Shown here: positions 9,758 through 17,864 of the stretch, one piece after another
How the letters are laid out: each line of letters starts with the position of its first letter
How positions within the stretch are numbered: the first letter of the stretch is position 1
NCBI GenBank assembly: GCA_043718945.1
Contig: JAYSUV010000042.1
Coordinates: 1 to 55,627 of the forward strand
Length of the DNA stretch: 55,627 nucleotides
Source of the DNA: Planctomycetota bacterium
GTDB lineage: Bacteria > Planctomycetota > Planctomycetia > Planctomycetales > Planctomycetaceae
Direction of reading: 5' to 3'
Notes under the pieces: model-generated
Seen by the model: the letters and a program-made list of their open reading frames with translations, nothing else
The model's database searches: none
Told to the model about the DNA's origin: nothing
Position numbers and translations under genes: made by a program

Positions 9758-10231
9758 TCAGAAGTAAGGCATTCGAGTATTGTCGTCAACGCGAAGAATC
9801 CGGTTGTCAGAAATCGCGATTGCTATTTCACCTGAATAAGTTTCGTCGAAATAGCACTCCACCACCAATTGATGTTGAACACCATCAGGGGCCAAGAAGC
9901 CAACTTCCAGCCCGGACTCGCCTGTAGGGATCACTCGCCGCTGGCGTCTCTCGCCAGGAGTCAATGACTCATAGCTGTAGCGTGCACCACTGACATAGAC
10001 AAACACATCACGCATCTCCGAGGAACCAGAATTATGAATCTCAACCAAGACGCCTTCTTTGCAAGGAACAATCAAGCACCTGATTAATGCAAATACAAGA
10101 CATAGAATTATTGCCACCAGAAACGACTCACGCCAAGTGAGAGAACGAACAAATCGAGCCATGAAGAAGTTGCTACTCTGTTCAGGAATCACATCGGCCT
10201 CCTTGGGTACGAACAGTCTGAAAAATTGCAC
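9758..10231 (-). CDS. Hypothetical small membrane-anchored protein on an AT-richer islet
   Basis: 157-codon ORF. Alternative ATG 10162 gives a protein starting MARFVRSLTWRESFLVAIILCLVFALI with one TM helix. Hand-counted 60-nt samples have 27/60 (9781-9840) and 23/60 (10081-10140) G+C, clearly below flanking genes. No recognisable family. Confidence 0.5.
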   Translation of the reverse strand: MQFFRLFVPKEADVIPEQSSNFFMARFVRSLTWRESFLVAIILCLVFALIRCLIVPCKEGVLVEIHNSGSSEMRDVFVYVSGARYSYESLTPGERRQRRVIPTGESGLEVGFLAPDGVQHQLVVECYFDETYSGEIAIAISDNRILRVDDNTRMPYF

Positions 10232-10271
10232 TCCAAGAGATTCCCACCCCCCGTTCCCAATCAGGAGGGCG

Positions 10272-10302
10272 GGGTGGCCCAGACGCTGCTTTGAGCGTCT
10301 GG
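10272..10302 (-). repeat. Related hairpin in inverted orientation: GGGTGGCCCAGACGCTGCTTTGAGCGTCTGG
   Basis: GGGTGGCCCAGAC (10272-10284) is the exact reverse complement of GTCTGGGCCACCC at 9695-9707. There is also a 9-bp stem CCAGACGCT/AGCGTCTGG (10279-10302). Confidence 0.75.
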
Positions 10303-10369
10303 ATTGTGCCGCAACAAGAGGTTACGGAGGACTCGTTCCCCTTTCAATCCCTCTTGTGCCTGCGTCACT

Positions 10370-10398
10370 CAGACATCCATAGCGATGTCTGGGCCACC
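10370..10398 (+). repeat. Hairpin repeat copy 2: CAGACATCCATAGCGATGTCTGGGCCACC
   Basis: Differs from 9678-9706 only at one loop position. It sits between the dioxygenase gene 3' end and the AT-rich ORF. Confidence 0.8.
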
Positions 10399-10445
10399 TC
10401 GCCTCCCAGCCATCTTACGGGGGGCAATCATTCCACCCGCTCGAC

Positions 10446-11096
10446 TTACGCTTGGGGAGTGAACCCCAGCACGATGTCGAACTTGGCGTTTAACTCGCCG
10501 ACCTTGGATCCCTTCAATGGATCGAAGGCCACTGTGATGGCCTCGCGGGCCTTGGGATCGCGGACCGACTTGTAGATCCCGTCGCGATCGTTGCCGGGGT
10601 GCCCCTTGATGTAGCACTGGGTCGTGAACGATTTTTGACCGGGCACCCTGACCCCAAAGTGGATGTGCGGAGTACGTCCGGGATACGACACGGGCTTGAT
10701 CGTGCGGAACAGGTACTCACCGGTCGCTCCGGTGGTGAAACGACCGAAACCCTGGAAGTTCCCGTCTCGCTTCTCGGAGTTGCTGCTGCCGGAGTGCAGG
10801 TACGCCCCGTTATTGTCGGCCTGCCAGATCTCGACGACAGCATTGCGGATCGGCTCCCCATTGGCCCCCAAGATCTTCCCGCTGAGGTACGTGATCTCCC
10901 CGACGCCCGGAGTCATGCTGTCGTTCAGCACGATTAAATCATTGTCTGTGTCGAGCGGCAGCTTGTCCGGATAGAACGGCCCTTCGGTCTGTGCGGGGGT
11001 CTTCACCAACTCTTCGGCGAACAAGCCCGGCACCGTGAAGAGGGCCGAACCGAAGGCTGTGACTTGGAGGAATTGGCGTCGCGAGGGGAGAGACAT
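10446..11096 (-). CDS. Tat-exported intradiol ring-cleavage dioxygenase-like protein (protocatechuate 3,4-dioxygenase beta-subunit-like)
   Basis: Tat-type signal MSLPSRRQFLQVTAFGSALF, then EGPFYP, VEIWQADNNGAYLH and GRTPHIHF, which is the pattern of intradiol dioxygenase domains. Start set at ATG 11096; the 66 upstream codons of the track ORF look non-coding. Confidence 0.75.
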   Translation of the reverse strand: MSLPSRRQFLQVTAFGSALFTVPGLFAEELVKTPAQTEGPFYPDKLPLDTDNDLIVLNDSMTPGVGEITYLSGKILGANGEPIRNAVVEIWQADNNGAYLHSGSSNSEKRDGNFQGFGRFTTGATGEYLFRTIKPVSYPGRTPHIHFGVRVPGQKSFTTQCYIKGHPGNDRDGIYKSVRDPKAREAITVAFDPLKGSKVGELNAKFDIVLGFTPQA

Positions 11097-11220
11097 AGGG
11101 CACCCAGTCAGTGAGGTGATCGAGAATCTCAGTCGCGATCGGACTGAGCGACGAACAAAAAAACCGCGTGACATCGCGCGGCCAAGGCCAACGATATCAC
11201 GCGGAGCAGGTCTTTGACTA

Positions 11221-12003
11221 CTAATTTGCGGGTGGGCGAGCATTACCACCGGGACGACCCCCGCGACCGCCAGTGCCGCCGCCAGGACCACCACGAGCGG
11301 GGAACTCGAACTTGGCTCCCTGCATCTTGGCCCAAGCTGCGGTTTGATCGGCAGTCAGGACAGCGGCCATGTCTTTTTCGTAGGCAGCTCGCTTGGCAGC
11401 TCGTTCTTCCTGTGCCTTGCGTTGCTCTTCTTCGGACTGATCTTGGCCGGGGCGTCCACCGCCGGGTCCACCGAATCCGCCGGTCGGTGCATTGGCGTCG
11501 TTCAGGGTCTTAATCTTAGCGATCTGCTCGGCGGTCAGACCGAGTGCCTTCTGAACGTCTTCACGAGACCAGGCTCGTGTGCCGTCACGTTGAGCGCGGA
11601 GTTCGCTCAGGCGGGCCCACTGTTCTGGCTTCAGCAGAGTCTTGATGGCTTCCTCAGACTTCTTAGCGCGCTCTTCACCGGCAGCACGCATCTCGGCGAA
11701 CTTCTTATTGCGTTCTTCTTCTGTGAGCTTCTCGAACGCTTCCCGATCGAAACCGGCAGCACCACCCGCACCGCGAGCCGCTTCACCGATCTTGGTCAGT
11801 TCCGCCTTCTGCTCGTCGGTGATCGAAATTTCCTTTTGGACTTCTTCCATCGTCAGTAGACTGGAAATCCCGCCGCCGCCGAATCCACCGCGACCTCCTC
11901 CGAATCCGCCCCGCCCGCCACCAGGACCTTGAGCGAACGAAAAGACGGGAGCCAGCAACAGCCCCGCCAACACAGCTGCAACACGAATCTTGGACGACAA
12001 CAC
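11221..12003 (-). CDS. Secreted Gly/Arg-rich periplasmic protein with LTxxQ-like repeats (Spy/CpxP-like)
   Basis: Start at GTG 12003, preceded by AGGAG (plus-strand CTCCT at 12012-12016). Signal peptide is (M)LSSKIRVAAVLAGLLLAPVFSFAQ. Helical repeats carry ITDEQ, LKPEQ, LTAEQ and LTADQ. They are flanked by GPGGGRGGFGGGRGGFGGGG (N-terminal) and RGGPGGGTGGRGGRPGG (C-terminal). Confidence 0.6.
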   Translation of the reverse strand: MLSSKIRVAAVLAGLLLAPVFSFAQGPGGGRGGFGGGRGGFGGGGISSLLTMEEVQKEISITDEQKAELTKIGEAARGAGGAAGFDREAFEKLTEEERNKKFAEMRAAGEERAKKSEEAIKTLLKPEQWARLSELRAQRDGTRAWSREDVQKALGLTAEQIAKIKTLNDANAPTGGFGGPGGGRPGQDQSEEEQRKAQEERAAKRAAYEKDMAAVLTADQTAAWAKMQGAKFEFPARGGPGGGTGGRGGRPGGNARPPAN

Positions 12004-12050
12004 GATGGAAACTCCTGAGACTGGGAAGGGGATGTTGAGGGTTGAGGGGA

Positions 12051-12078
12051 AAGCCCACCGGTTGCAACCGGTGGGCTT
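12051..12078. repeat. Perfect 28-nt palindrome AAGCCCACCGGTTGCAACCGGTGGGCTT between two minus-strand genes (possible terminator/processing hairpin)
   Basis: The sequence equals its own reverse complement (13-bp stem, 2-nt centre). It lies 29 nt downstream of the PQQ-like gene stop (12107-12109). No U-tract follows on the minus strand, so intrinsic-terminator status is uncertain. Confidence 0.6.
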
Positions 12079-12106
12079 CTTGTGACTGAGCGCAAGATAT
12101 TTTCGC

Positions 12107-13552
12107 TCAACGATCCTTAGACGACACACAATAGAGTGCCTTGTCCGAGCGGATGAACAGCCGCCCGCCCGAGACGGCCGGGGTTCCGTTGAACTTGCTG
12201 GAGTCCGAGGCGAACTTGTTCTCGGCGAGCGACTTGAACTCGGGCCCCGCTTGCCACACATGGGTCAGGCCAGAGCGAGTGATCAGAATTAGCTTGTCTC
12301 CTACCAGAATTGGCGAGGCGTAATCCTGGCCCCCGCCCATTCCGCCACCACCACCTCCGCCGCCACGACCACCACGTCCGCTGCCGAATCCGCCACCGCC
12401 GCGTCCTTCGGGCGGAGGTTCCGCCGGAGCAGCTGCTCCATCGGGAGTCGGGAAGCGGGCTTGATAGACTTGTTCGCCGGTCGCGGCATTCAAGCAGAGG
12501 ACCGCGCCGCGTGAACTCGTATAAATTCGACCGTCCGACACAATCGGGGAACTGATCCGTCCGGGGGCCTTGGCCTTCCAGACGGTATGGGTTTTCGAGA
12601 CATCGTCCTTGCCCCCGGCACGGATGGCGACGCCCTCGCCGCCGCGACCATCGATCGCGTACACGACCTGTCCATCCGCAACCAGACTGGAACAGAACGA
12701 ATTATCCGACAGCCCCTCGGCATACCACTTGAGCTTGCCGGTCTTCAGGTTAAAGCCCCAAATCTCGCCCGGAACCCCAATCGCGAGTTCGGCGGCTTCG
12801 CCTTCTCCCACAATGATCGGCGTCCCCCAGGTCATCCCCAGACCATCGGCCTGAGCCTTCCACACCTCTTTGCCAGTCGACTTATCGAGGGCCACCAGCG
12901 CCTGATTCTCTTCACTCGCATTCACGATCAGCAGGTTGCCATGCAGAATCGGGCTCGCTCCCGAGCCCCACCGCATCGGCCCGGACTCTGTGCCCACGCT
13001 GACGTGCCACAACTCTTTGCCGCTCAGGTCGTACGCCAGTACCCCGCCCTTGCCGTAGAAGACGTACACATGCTCACCATCACTCACCGGGGAGCCGCTG
13101 GCATAACCATGTTCACCCAGCATCCGCGAATACGGGTCTTCCGGCTGGGAAGCCGCGACGCCGACATCCCACAACTGGGTTCCGTTCGTGGCGTCGATAC
13201 AGACGAGATGTCGCTTGAGATTTTTGAGGTCGCCCGGATCGTTTCCGTCGACTCCGTAGCCCGAGAAGCAGGTGATGAAAACTTTGTGGCCGACGATGAT
13301 CGGGGAACTGGACCCCGGCCCTGGCAACGCCAACTTCCAGGCGAGGTTCTTGTTATCGCCCCACTCACTGGGAACCGACTCACCCGCCGGGGCAATCCCA
13401 CTGCCATTCGGACCGCGAAACCGGGTCCAATCTTCTGCATTCGCCACAGAGCTGATCGACAGAGCCAAGCCCGCCACCACGCCAGCTGTCAGCTTCAGAT
13501 TCCACATGCGAGGGGATGTCCGCGAGAGTTTGAGAAGGGAAACACGGTCCAT
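12107..13552 (-). CDS. PQQ-like (BamB-like) beta-propeller repeat protein, secreted
   Basis: EDWTRFRGPNGSGIA after a signal peptide (MWNLKLTAGVVAGLALSISSVANA if ATG 13507 is the true start). Blade motifs recur: VLAYDLSGKELW, LVALDKSTGKEVW, IWGFNLKTGKLKW, VLCLNAATGEQVY. A roughly 30-residue Gly/Arg run (EGRGGGGFGSGRGGRGGGGGGGGMGGG) is inserted near the C-terminus. Confidence 0.8.
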   Translation of the reverse strand: MDRVSLLKLSRTSPRMWNLKLTAGVVAGLALSISSVANAEDWTRFRGPNGSGIAPAGESVPSEWGDNKNLAWKLALPGPGSSSPIIVGHKVFITCFSGYGVDGNDPGDLKNLKRHLVCIDATNGTQLWDVGVAASQPEDPYSRMLGEHGYASGSPVSDGEHVYVFYGKGGVLAYDLSGKELWHVSVGTESGPMRWGSGASPILHGNLLIVNASEENQALVALDKSTGKEVWKAQADGLGMTWGTPIIVGEGEAAELAIGVPGEIWGFNLKTGKLKWYAEGLSDNSFCSSLVADGQVVYAIDGRGGEGVAIRAGGKDDVSKTHTVWKAKAPGRISSPIVSDGRIYTSSRGAVLCLNAATGEQVYQARFPTPDGAAAPAEPPPEGRGGGGFGSGRGGRGGGGGGGGMGGGQDYASPILVGDKLILITRSGLTHVWQAGPEFKSLAENKFASDSSKFNGTPAVSGGRLFIRSDKALYCVSSKDR

Positions 13553-13864
13553 TGAGAAGAGAATCTCCGGACCCCACTACTGAATACGAACGGTCCTGGT
13601 GCAAAGAACGCACCGCCGTTGTTGAATCTACAGGGAAGTTTGGCGATTTTCCTTCCTGAGAAGAGAAAAGTACTTGACTCTACGTGGGACTTCGACGAGC
13701 AAAAAGCCGCCCCCAAGTAAGAGGCCAGTGACCGCCTCCCCTGAGAAATGCCTCCCCGGTCCGTTTCGCCCTGACCTGGGGGGCCGCAGGTAACTGGAAG
13801 TTTCCCCAGTCCGATCGCGCAGCGGCTCGTCAGTCTCCGACATCACGGCTGGGATCCGCGTCAT

Positions 13865-15745
13865 TTACTTCGCCTCCCCGGTCGTGGCAATGGGCCGAAC
13901 TCGCGCCGAATACAAATCCAGTGTTTGATACCTCTCCACCCACTGCCAAGGCGTGAATCGGTCTTCCCAATCTGACAATTGAATCAGTCCGTCCTGCAAC
14001 ACCTCCGTGGGGGTCTCGCCGTGTCGAGCAATCAGCCAGATGCGTTCCCCTGTCTGCGGAACACCATTGTGAGGTATGCGAAATCCGGCCCGGTCCATGT
14101 AGAACAGGGATGGCAAATCGCAGGGAAGCGGAGCCAGCAACCGATGAGACTCCGCAGGTGCCGACGCGACTTCGCGCTCTAATCGACGCACCACATCAGG
14201 GACGGAGACATAGCTCATCCGATTGTCCGACCGGAGTAGAACTGGCCATTGAGATACTCCCTGCCAGATTCCCAAACCGAGAACCGCCAGCACCAGTCCG
14301 TGGATGACTCGTGGCGGAGCCTTCAAGGACCGCACGAGGCTGACTCCCCCCTGCGCGGCGACCAGGCAGACCCAGGGCATCAGCCACAAATAGATTCGTG
14401 GGGGCGGATTGACATGCCGTACCAGATTCAACCCCACCATCACCGAAAAGGGAATGATCAGTCGCAGCAGCGAACGTCGATCACGCGGCCAGTAAAACAG
14501 CCCCGCCAGAACGGATCCCGCCAACACCCACGCGGGCACAGCCCCTTCCGCACAGAATCTCACCGCCCCCGCCAAGCCTTGGCCCGTCTCGATCAGAAAG
14601 GCCCGTGATGCTGTGGTCGCCTGACGCATCACGGGATCATTCAGAAACAGCATTCCCCGGCAGATGTAGCCCGGGATGTAGATCAGGCTCGCCACGATGG
14701 CCGTCAGCCAGCCCAGCATGACCAACTGCCGCCCCCTCTGCCAGAAGGAGGTCGAACCGGATTCCAGTCGGCCAGGCAAATCGACTGGAGGCATCTCAGC
14801 AGGAGCCAGCCGTGACCCCCCGACGAACAGATACCACAGTCCGGACGCGATAATGGCGTACCCCATGATAATCATCGACCACAGGCCAATCACCACCGCC
14901 GCACCCGCCTGCATCCAGCTGAGAGTCGTATCGCGATGTCGATCGGAAAGTCTGGCGAACGCGTCATCCAGCAACACGGCCGCCAGCATGACAAACATGT
15001 ATCCGCGCGCCTCGACGGAATAAATCACCAGCGGCGAGGAGACGGCCAGCCATGCGGTTGCGAGGAGTGCCGCACTCGTCCCCAACCAGCGCCGCGCCCA
15101 CACAAAGGTGACAGGCAAGGCGGCCAATCCGCAACTCATGACACCAATCCGCAGTGCCCATTCGTATGGCCCGAACAGACGCCCCGTGACGTACATGCCG
15201 AGCGTATTGAACAAATGATTGTTCGTGGAGTTCAGATCCCCCAGGGCCTGCGGAAGCGGTCGACTCGCGAAATTGATCCAGCTGTACGATTCGTCGTAAG
15301 CCATCGGCGTACCGATCAATGACAGACGCAGCCCCGCCCCGACACAGAAGATCAACGCCAGCCAGCCCCCCCAGTGGAAGTCCTCCATGGTCTGTGGGGA
15401 GGGAGTCTCTGTCGGCACGACTGCCGACGGGTTGATGCCCTTCGGACGCATGCCCCGTCCTTGCCACGTGAGCCATCCCCCTCCGACCAGGCTCGCTGTG
15501 CTGATGGCCAGGAACCAGCACACTTGTTGGAATCGAACGTATCTCTCCGGAGTCACATCCTCGGGATGTCGAATGAGCCAGCCAGACTCGCGCAGGTTTT
15601 CCAGCGGCACACAGGCCAGTCCCACCAGAACCAATGCGACCGCACCACCGGCAATCCCCAGAACCGTGTCTGCCGCCCGCAGTCGGCGATCCGGGGACGT
15701 GTTCACCTGCGAATGCTCACTCGCCTTCGTGTTCATCAGTGTCAA
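13865..15745 (-). CDS. Polytopic GT-C-fold glycosyltransferase (ArnT/PMT, GT39/GT83-like)
   Basis: 626-codon ORF with many hydrophobic helices. The first-loop acidic motif MAYDESYSW is followed by NNHLFNTL and a run of TM segments, as in PMT_2/ArnT-type enzymes. A C-terminal soluble domain follows. Motif-level call only. Confidence 0.6.
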   Translation of the reverse strand: MTLMNTKASEHSQVNTSPDRRLRAADTVLGIAGGAVALVLVGLACVPLENLRESGWLIRHPEDVTPERYVRFQQVCWFLAISTASLVGGGWLTWQGRGMRPKGINPSAVVPTETPSPQTMEDFHWGGWLALIFCVGAGLRLSLIGTPMAYDESYSWINFASRPLPQALGDLNSTNNHLFNTLGMYVTGRLFGPYEWALRIGVMSCGLAALPVTFVWARRWLGTSAALLATAWLAVSSPLVIYSVEARGYMFVMLAAVLLDDAFARLSDRHRDTTLSWMQAGAAVVIGLWSMIIMGYAIIASGLWYLFVGGSRLAPAEMPPVDLPGRLESGSTSFWQRGRQLVMLGWLTAIVASLIYIPGYICRGMLFLNDPVMRQATTASRAFLIETGQGLAGAVRFCAEGAVPAWVLAGSVLAGLFYWPRDRRSLLRLIIPFSVMVGLNLVRHVNPPPRIYLWLMPWVCLVAAQGGVSLVRSLKAPPRVIHGLVLAVLGLGIWQGVSQWPVLLRSDNRMSYVSVPDVVRRLEREVASAPAESHRLLAPLPCDLPSLFYMDRAGFRIPHNGVPQTGERIWLIARHGETPTEVLQDGLIQLSDWEDRFTPWQWVERYQTLDLYSARVRPIATTGEAK

Positions 15746-16190
15746 ATCCTGAAGTTCCTACCGCGAGTTTCTCGTGAAGCGAAGTCGTGATTCGGAAGAC
15801 TCAAGCGGACCTGATTCCCGAGTGGGAACGGATTCGAAGGATCCTGTGGGGAGACCGCCATCTTCGTGCTGGAACGCCCAGAAGGCAATCGAGAGAACGA
15901 TTGGCCCAATTCGAGGTGTGTGCATCAGAAAAGTGGGCAGTGGCAGAAATTCGCCACGGAGGAATCCAGGAGTGTGTGAGCCGCAGATGAACACGGATGA
16001 ACACCGATAACAGCGGATGAGGGGGGAATCGCGGACGATGTCCTCTCGTTGTTGAGCCTCTTCATCGGAGAACCGCTGAAACTCGCAACTCGCAATTTTC
16101 ACTTGCAGTTGCAGAAGCGATCACTGACGAGTTGACCTCCGAAATCCATATCAGCATTTCAAACGTATTGCGACGCTTTCGGAACATGCT

Positions 16191-17480
16191 TCAACTCTCC
16201 TTCGGCGTCCACTCCTTGGAATACTCCCGCTTCCACAGTGACATCGCCGCCTCGTCATTCAATATCCGCCCGTTGGCCGGGTCGCAGTTCAGCGTATGGC
16301 CGGTGCGGTGGGCGATGTTCCCCAGGTGGCACAGTAAGGTGCTCTTGTAGCCCCCTTCGATTTCACTGTTCAGAGCCAGCGGCGTGTCGTTGCGAATCGC
16401 CGCGATGAAGTTCGCCGCGTGCAGCGTGTCGTTGTATCCCTTGGTGACCTTCTCCGTCTCCTTGTCGTTGATGTCATACACTCGGTACGTCCCGTTTTGG
16501 TCGATCTCCAGAGTGCCGCTCTCCCCGTAGAACGTCACGAACCGGTCATCGTGTTTGTTACAGCTGCGACCGTCCCAGATCAGTTGGCGTCCCCCTTCGT
16601 ACTCGAAGCAGGCGGTGTGGGTGTCAGGGGTTTGCTGGTCGTCCTGGAAGCGGTAGCGGCCTCCCGAGGAGGTCACGCGGATCGGGTAATCGGCGTTGAG
16701 GCCCCAGCGTCCGATGTCGAGCGAGTGGATGCCGTTGTTGCCGAGTTCGCCGTTGCCCCAGTGCCAGAACCAGTGCCAGTTGTAGTGCAGGAAGTTGCTG
16801 CGGAACTCTTGGTGCGGGGCCGGGCCTTGCCACATGGCGTAGTCGAGCCCCTCGGGGACGGGGGCCGGGACGCCGGTCCCGATCGTCGGTCGCAGGGCGG
16901 TGTACCAGCACTTACTCAGATAGACCCGCCCGATGACCCCCTCGTGCAGCCGCTGCATCGCCTCGATGAACCCCGGCCCGCTGCGGCGCTGGTTCCCCAT
17001 TTGGACCGCGCGGTTGTACTTGCGAGACATCGCCACGAGGAGTTCTCCCTCCCACGGGTTATGGCAGCAGGGCTTCTCCACATAGCAGTGCTTGTTCGCC
17101 TGGCAGGCCATGATCGCCGCTGGAGCGTGCCAGTGATTGGGAGCGGCACAGATCAGAGCGTCGACCTCGGGATCATCGAGAATCTTGCGGAAGTCCGAGA
17201 TCCCCTGCGGAGCCTGTTTCGGCTCGCACTCCAGCTTCTCGATGGTGGCTTTCCCGGCCTCGACCCGCTTGGGATCGAGGTCGCACACATACTTCACTCG
17301 CACGCCCGGCAGCATCCCAAATGTCTGGGCCAGTGAGAGCCCTCGGCTCAGTCCCATCACGCCGATAGTCACGACCCGGCTCGGGGCTTCATCGGCTGCA
17401 AGGATCAGCGGGGCCATCTGAGTCAGTGCCCCGGCAGCTGCGGAGGAGGCGAGAAAGGAACGTCGAGTCAGAGGGCTCAT
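16191..17480 (-). CDS. Tat-exported Gfo/Idh/MocA-family oxidoreductase
   Basis: Tat signal MSPLTRRSFLASSAAAGAL, Rossmann start VVTIGVMGLSRG, then EKPCCHN and a C-terminal alpha/beta domain typical of the family. Confidence 0.85.
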   Translation of the reverse strand: MSPLTRRSFLASSAAAGALTQMAPLILAADEAPSRVVTIGVMGLSRGLSLAQTFGMLPGVRVKYVCDLDPKRVEAGKATIEKLECEPKQAPQGISDFRKILDDPEVDALICAAPNHWHAPAAIMACQANKHCYVEKPCCHNPWEGELLVAMSRKYNRAVQMGNQRRSGPGFIEAMQRLHEGVIGRVYLSKCWYTALRPTIGTGVPAPVPEGLDYAMWQGPAPHQEFRSNFLHYNWHWFWHWGNGELGNNGIHSLDIGRWGLNADYPIRVTSSGGRYRFQDDQQTPDTHTACFEYEGGRQLIWDGRSCNKHDDRFVTFYGESGTLEIDQNGTYRVYDINDKETEKVTKGYNDTLHAANFIAAIRNDTPLALNSEIEGGYKSTLLCHLGNIAHRTGHTLNCDPANGRILNDEAAMSLWKREYSKEWTPKES

Positions 17481-17864
17481 CGGACGAACTCCGGCAGGTC
17501 AGACTTAGGATGACATTCGGACTATGGGGCATTAGAGGCCGAGTTTCAACCGGAATGGGCCTGACGGAGTTGCCACGCAGTGTGTTCGCCCTCCAGTCAT
17601 GTGGCATCACTGCGTCTCCCATCGAGGGATAGTTCTTCCGCAGAGTTCCCTCGCCAGACTCGAATTGAATAAACGGCAGTACATGTTTGTTTCATCCGAA
17701 TCCACTTCCCCAGTTCATCAAGTAATTCCGGTGTGAAGCGCATCACATCTCCCGGCCCCCTGCTGAACGGACTTCACAACCGCATTGACAGTTGGCCAAA
17801 CTACTGGTCACGATTGTCTTCTGGTGGTCACCACGACTCGAGTCCTTCTCTGGACACTCATCCG

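Noticed and set aside
9748-9759. tRNA-like T-arm sequence GGAGTTCGAATC
   Set aside because: Surrounding sequence cannot be folded into acceptor, D and anticodon arms. It partly overlaps the 3' end of the AT-rich ORF.
13628-13864. 78-aa minus-strand ORF starting right after the glycosyltransferase stop
   Set aside because: Composition (Arg/Gly/Pro/Leu-rich) and lack of any motif suggest a chance ORF in the 312-nt intergenic region.
15758-16102. 114-aa ORF and the short direct repeat GATGAACAC (15986-16007) in the 445-nt gap
   Set aside because: The translation (…RCYRCSSVFICGSHT…) looks like the read-through of a short dispersed DNA repeat rather than a protein. I cannot verify the repeat family without the genome.
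16085-16112. Possible intrinsic terminator for the oxidoreductase gene (GCAACTCGCAA ttttcac TTGCAGTTGC)
   Set aside because: The stem needs a bulge, is only about 10 bp, and is followed on the minus strand by just three U residues. This is too weak to call.
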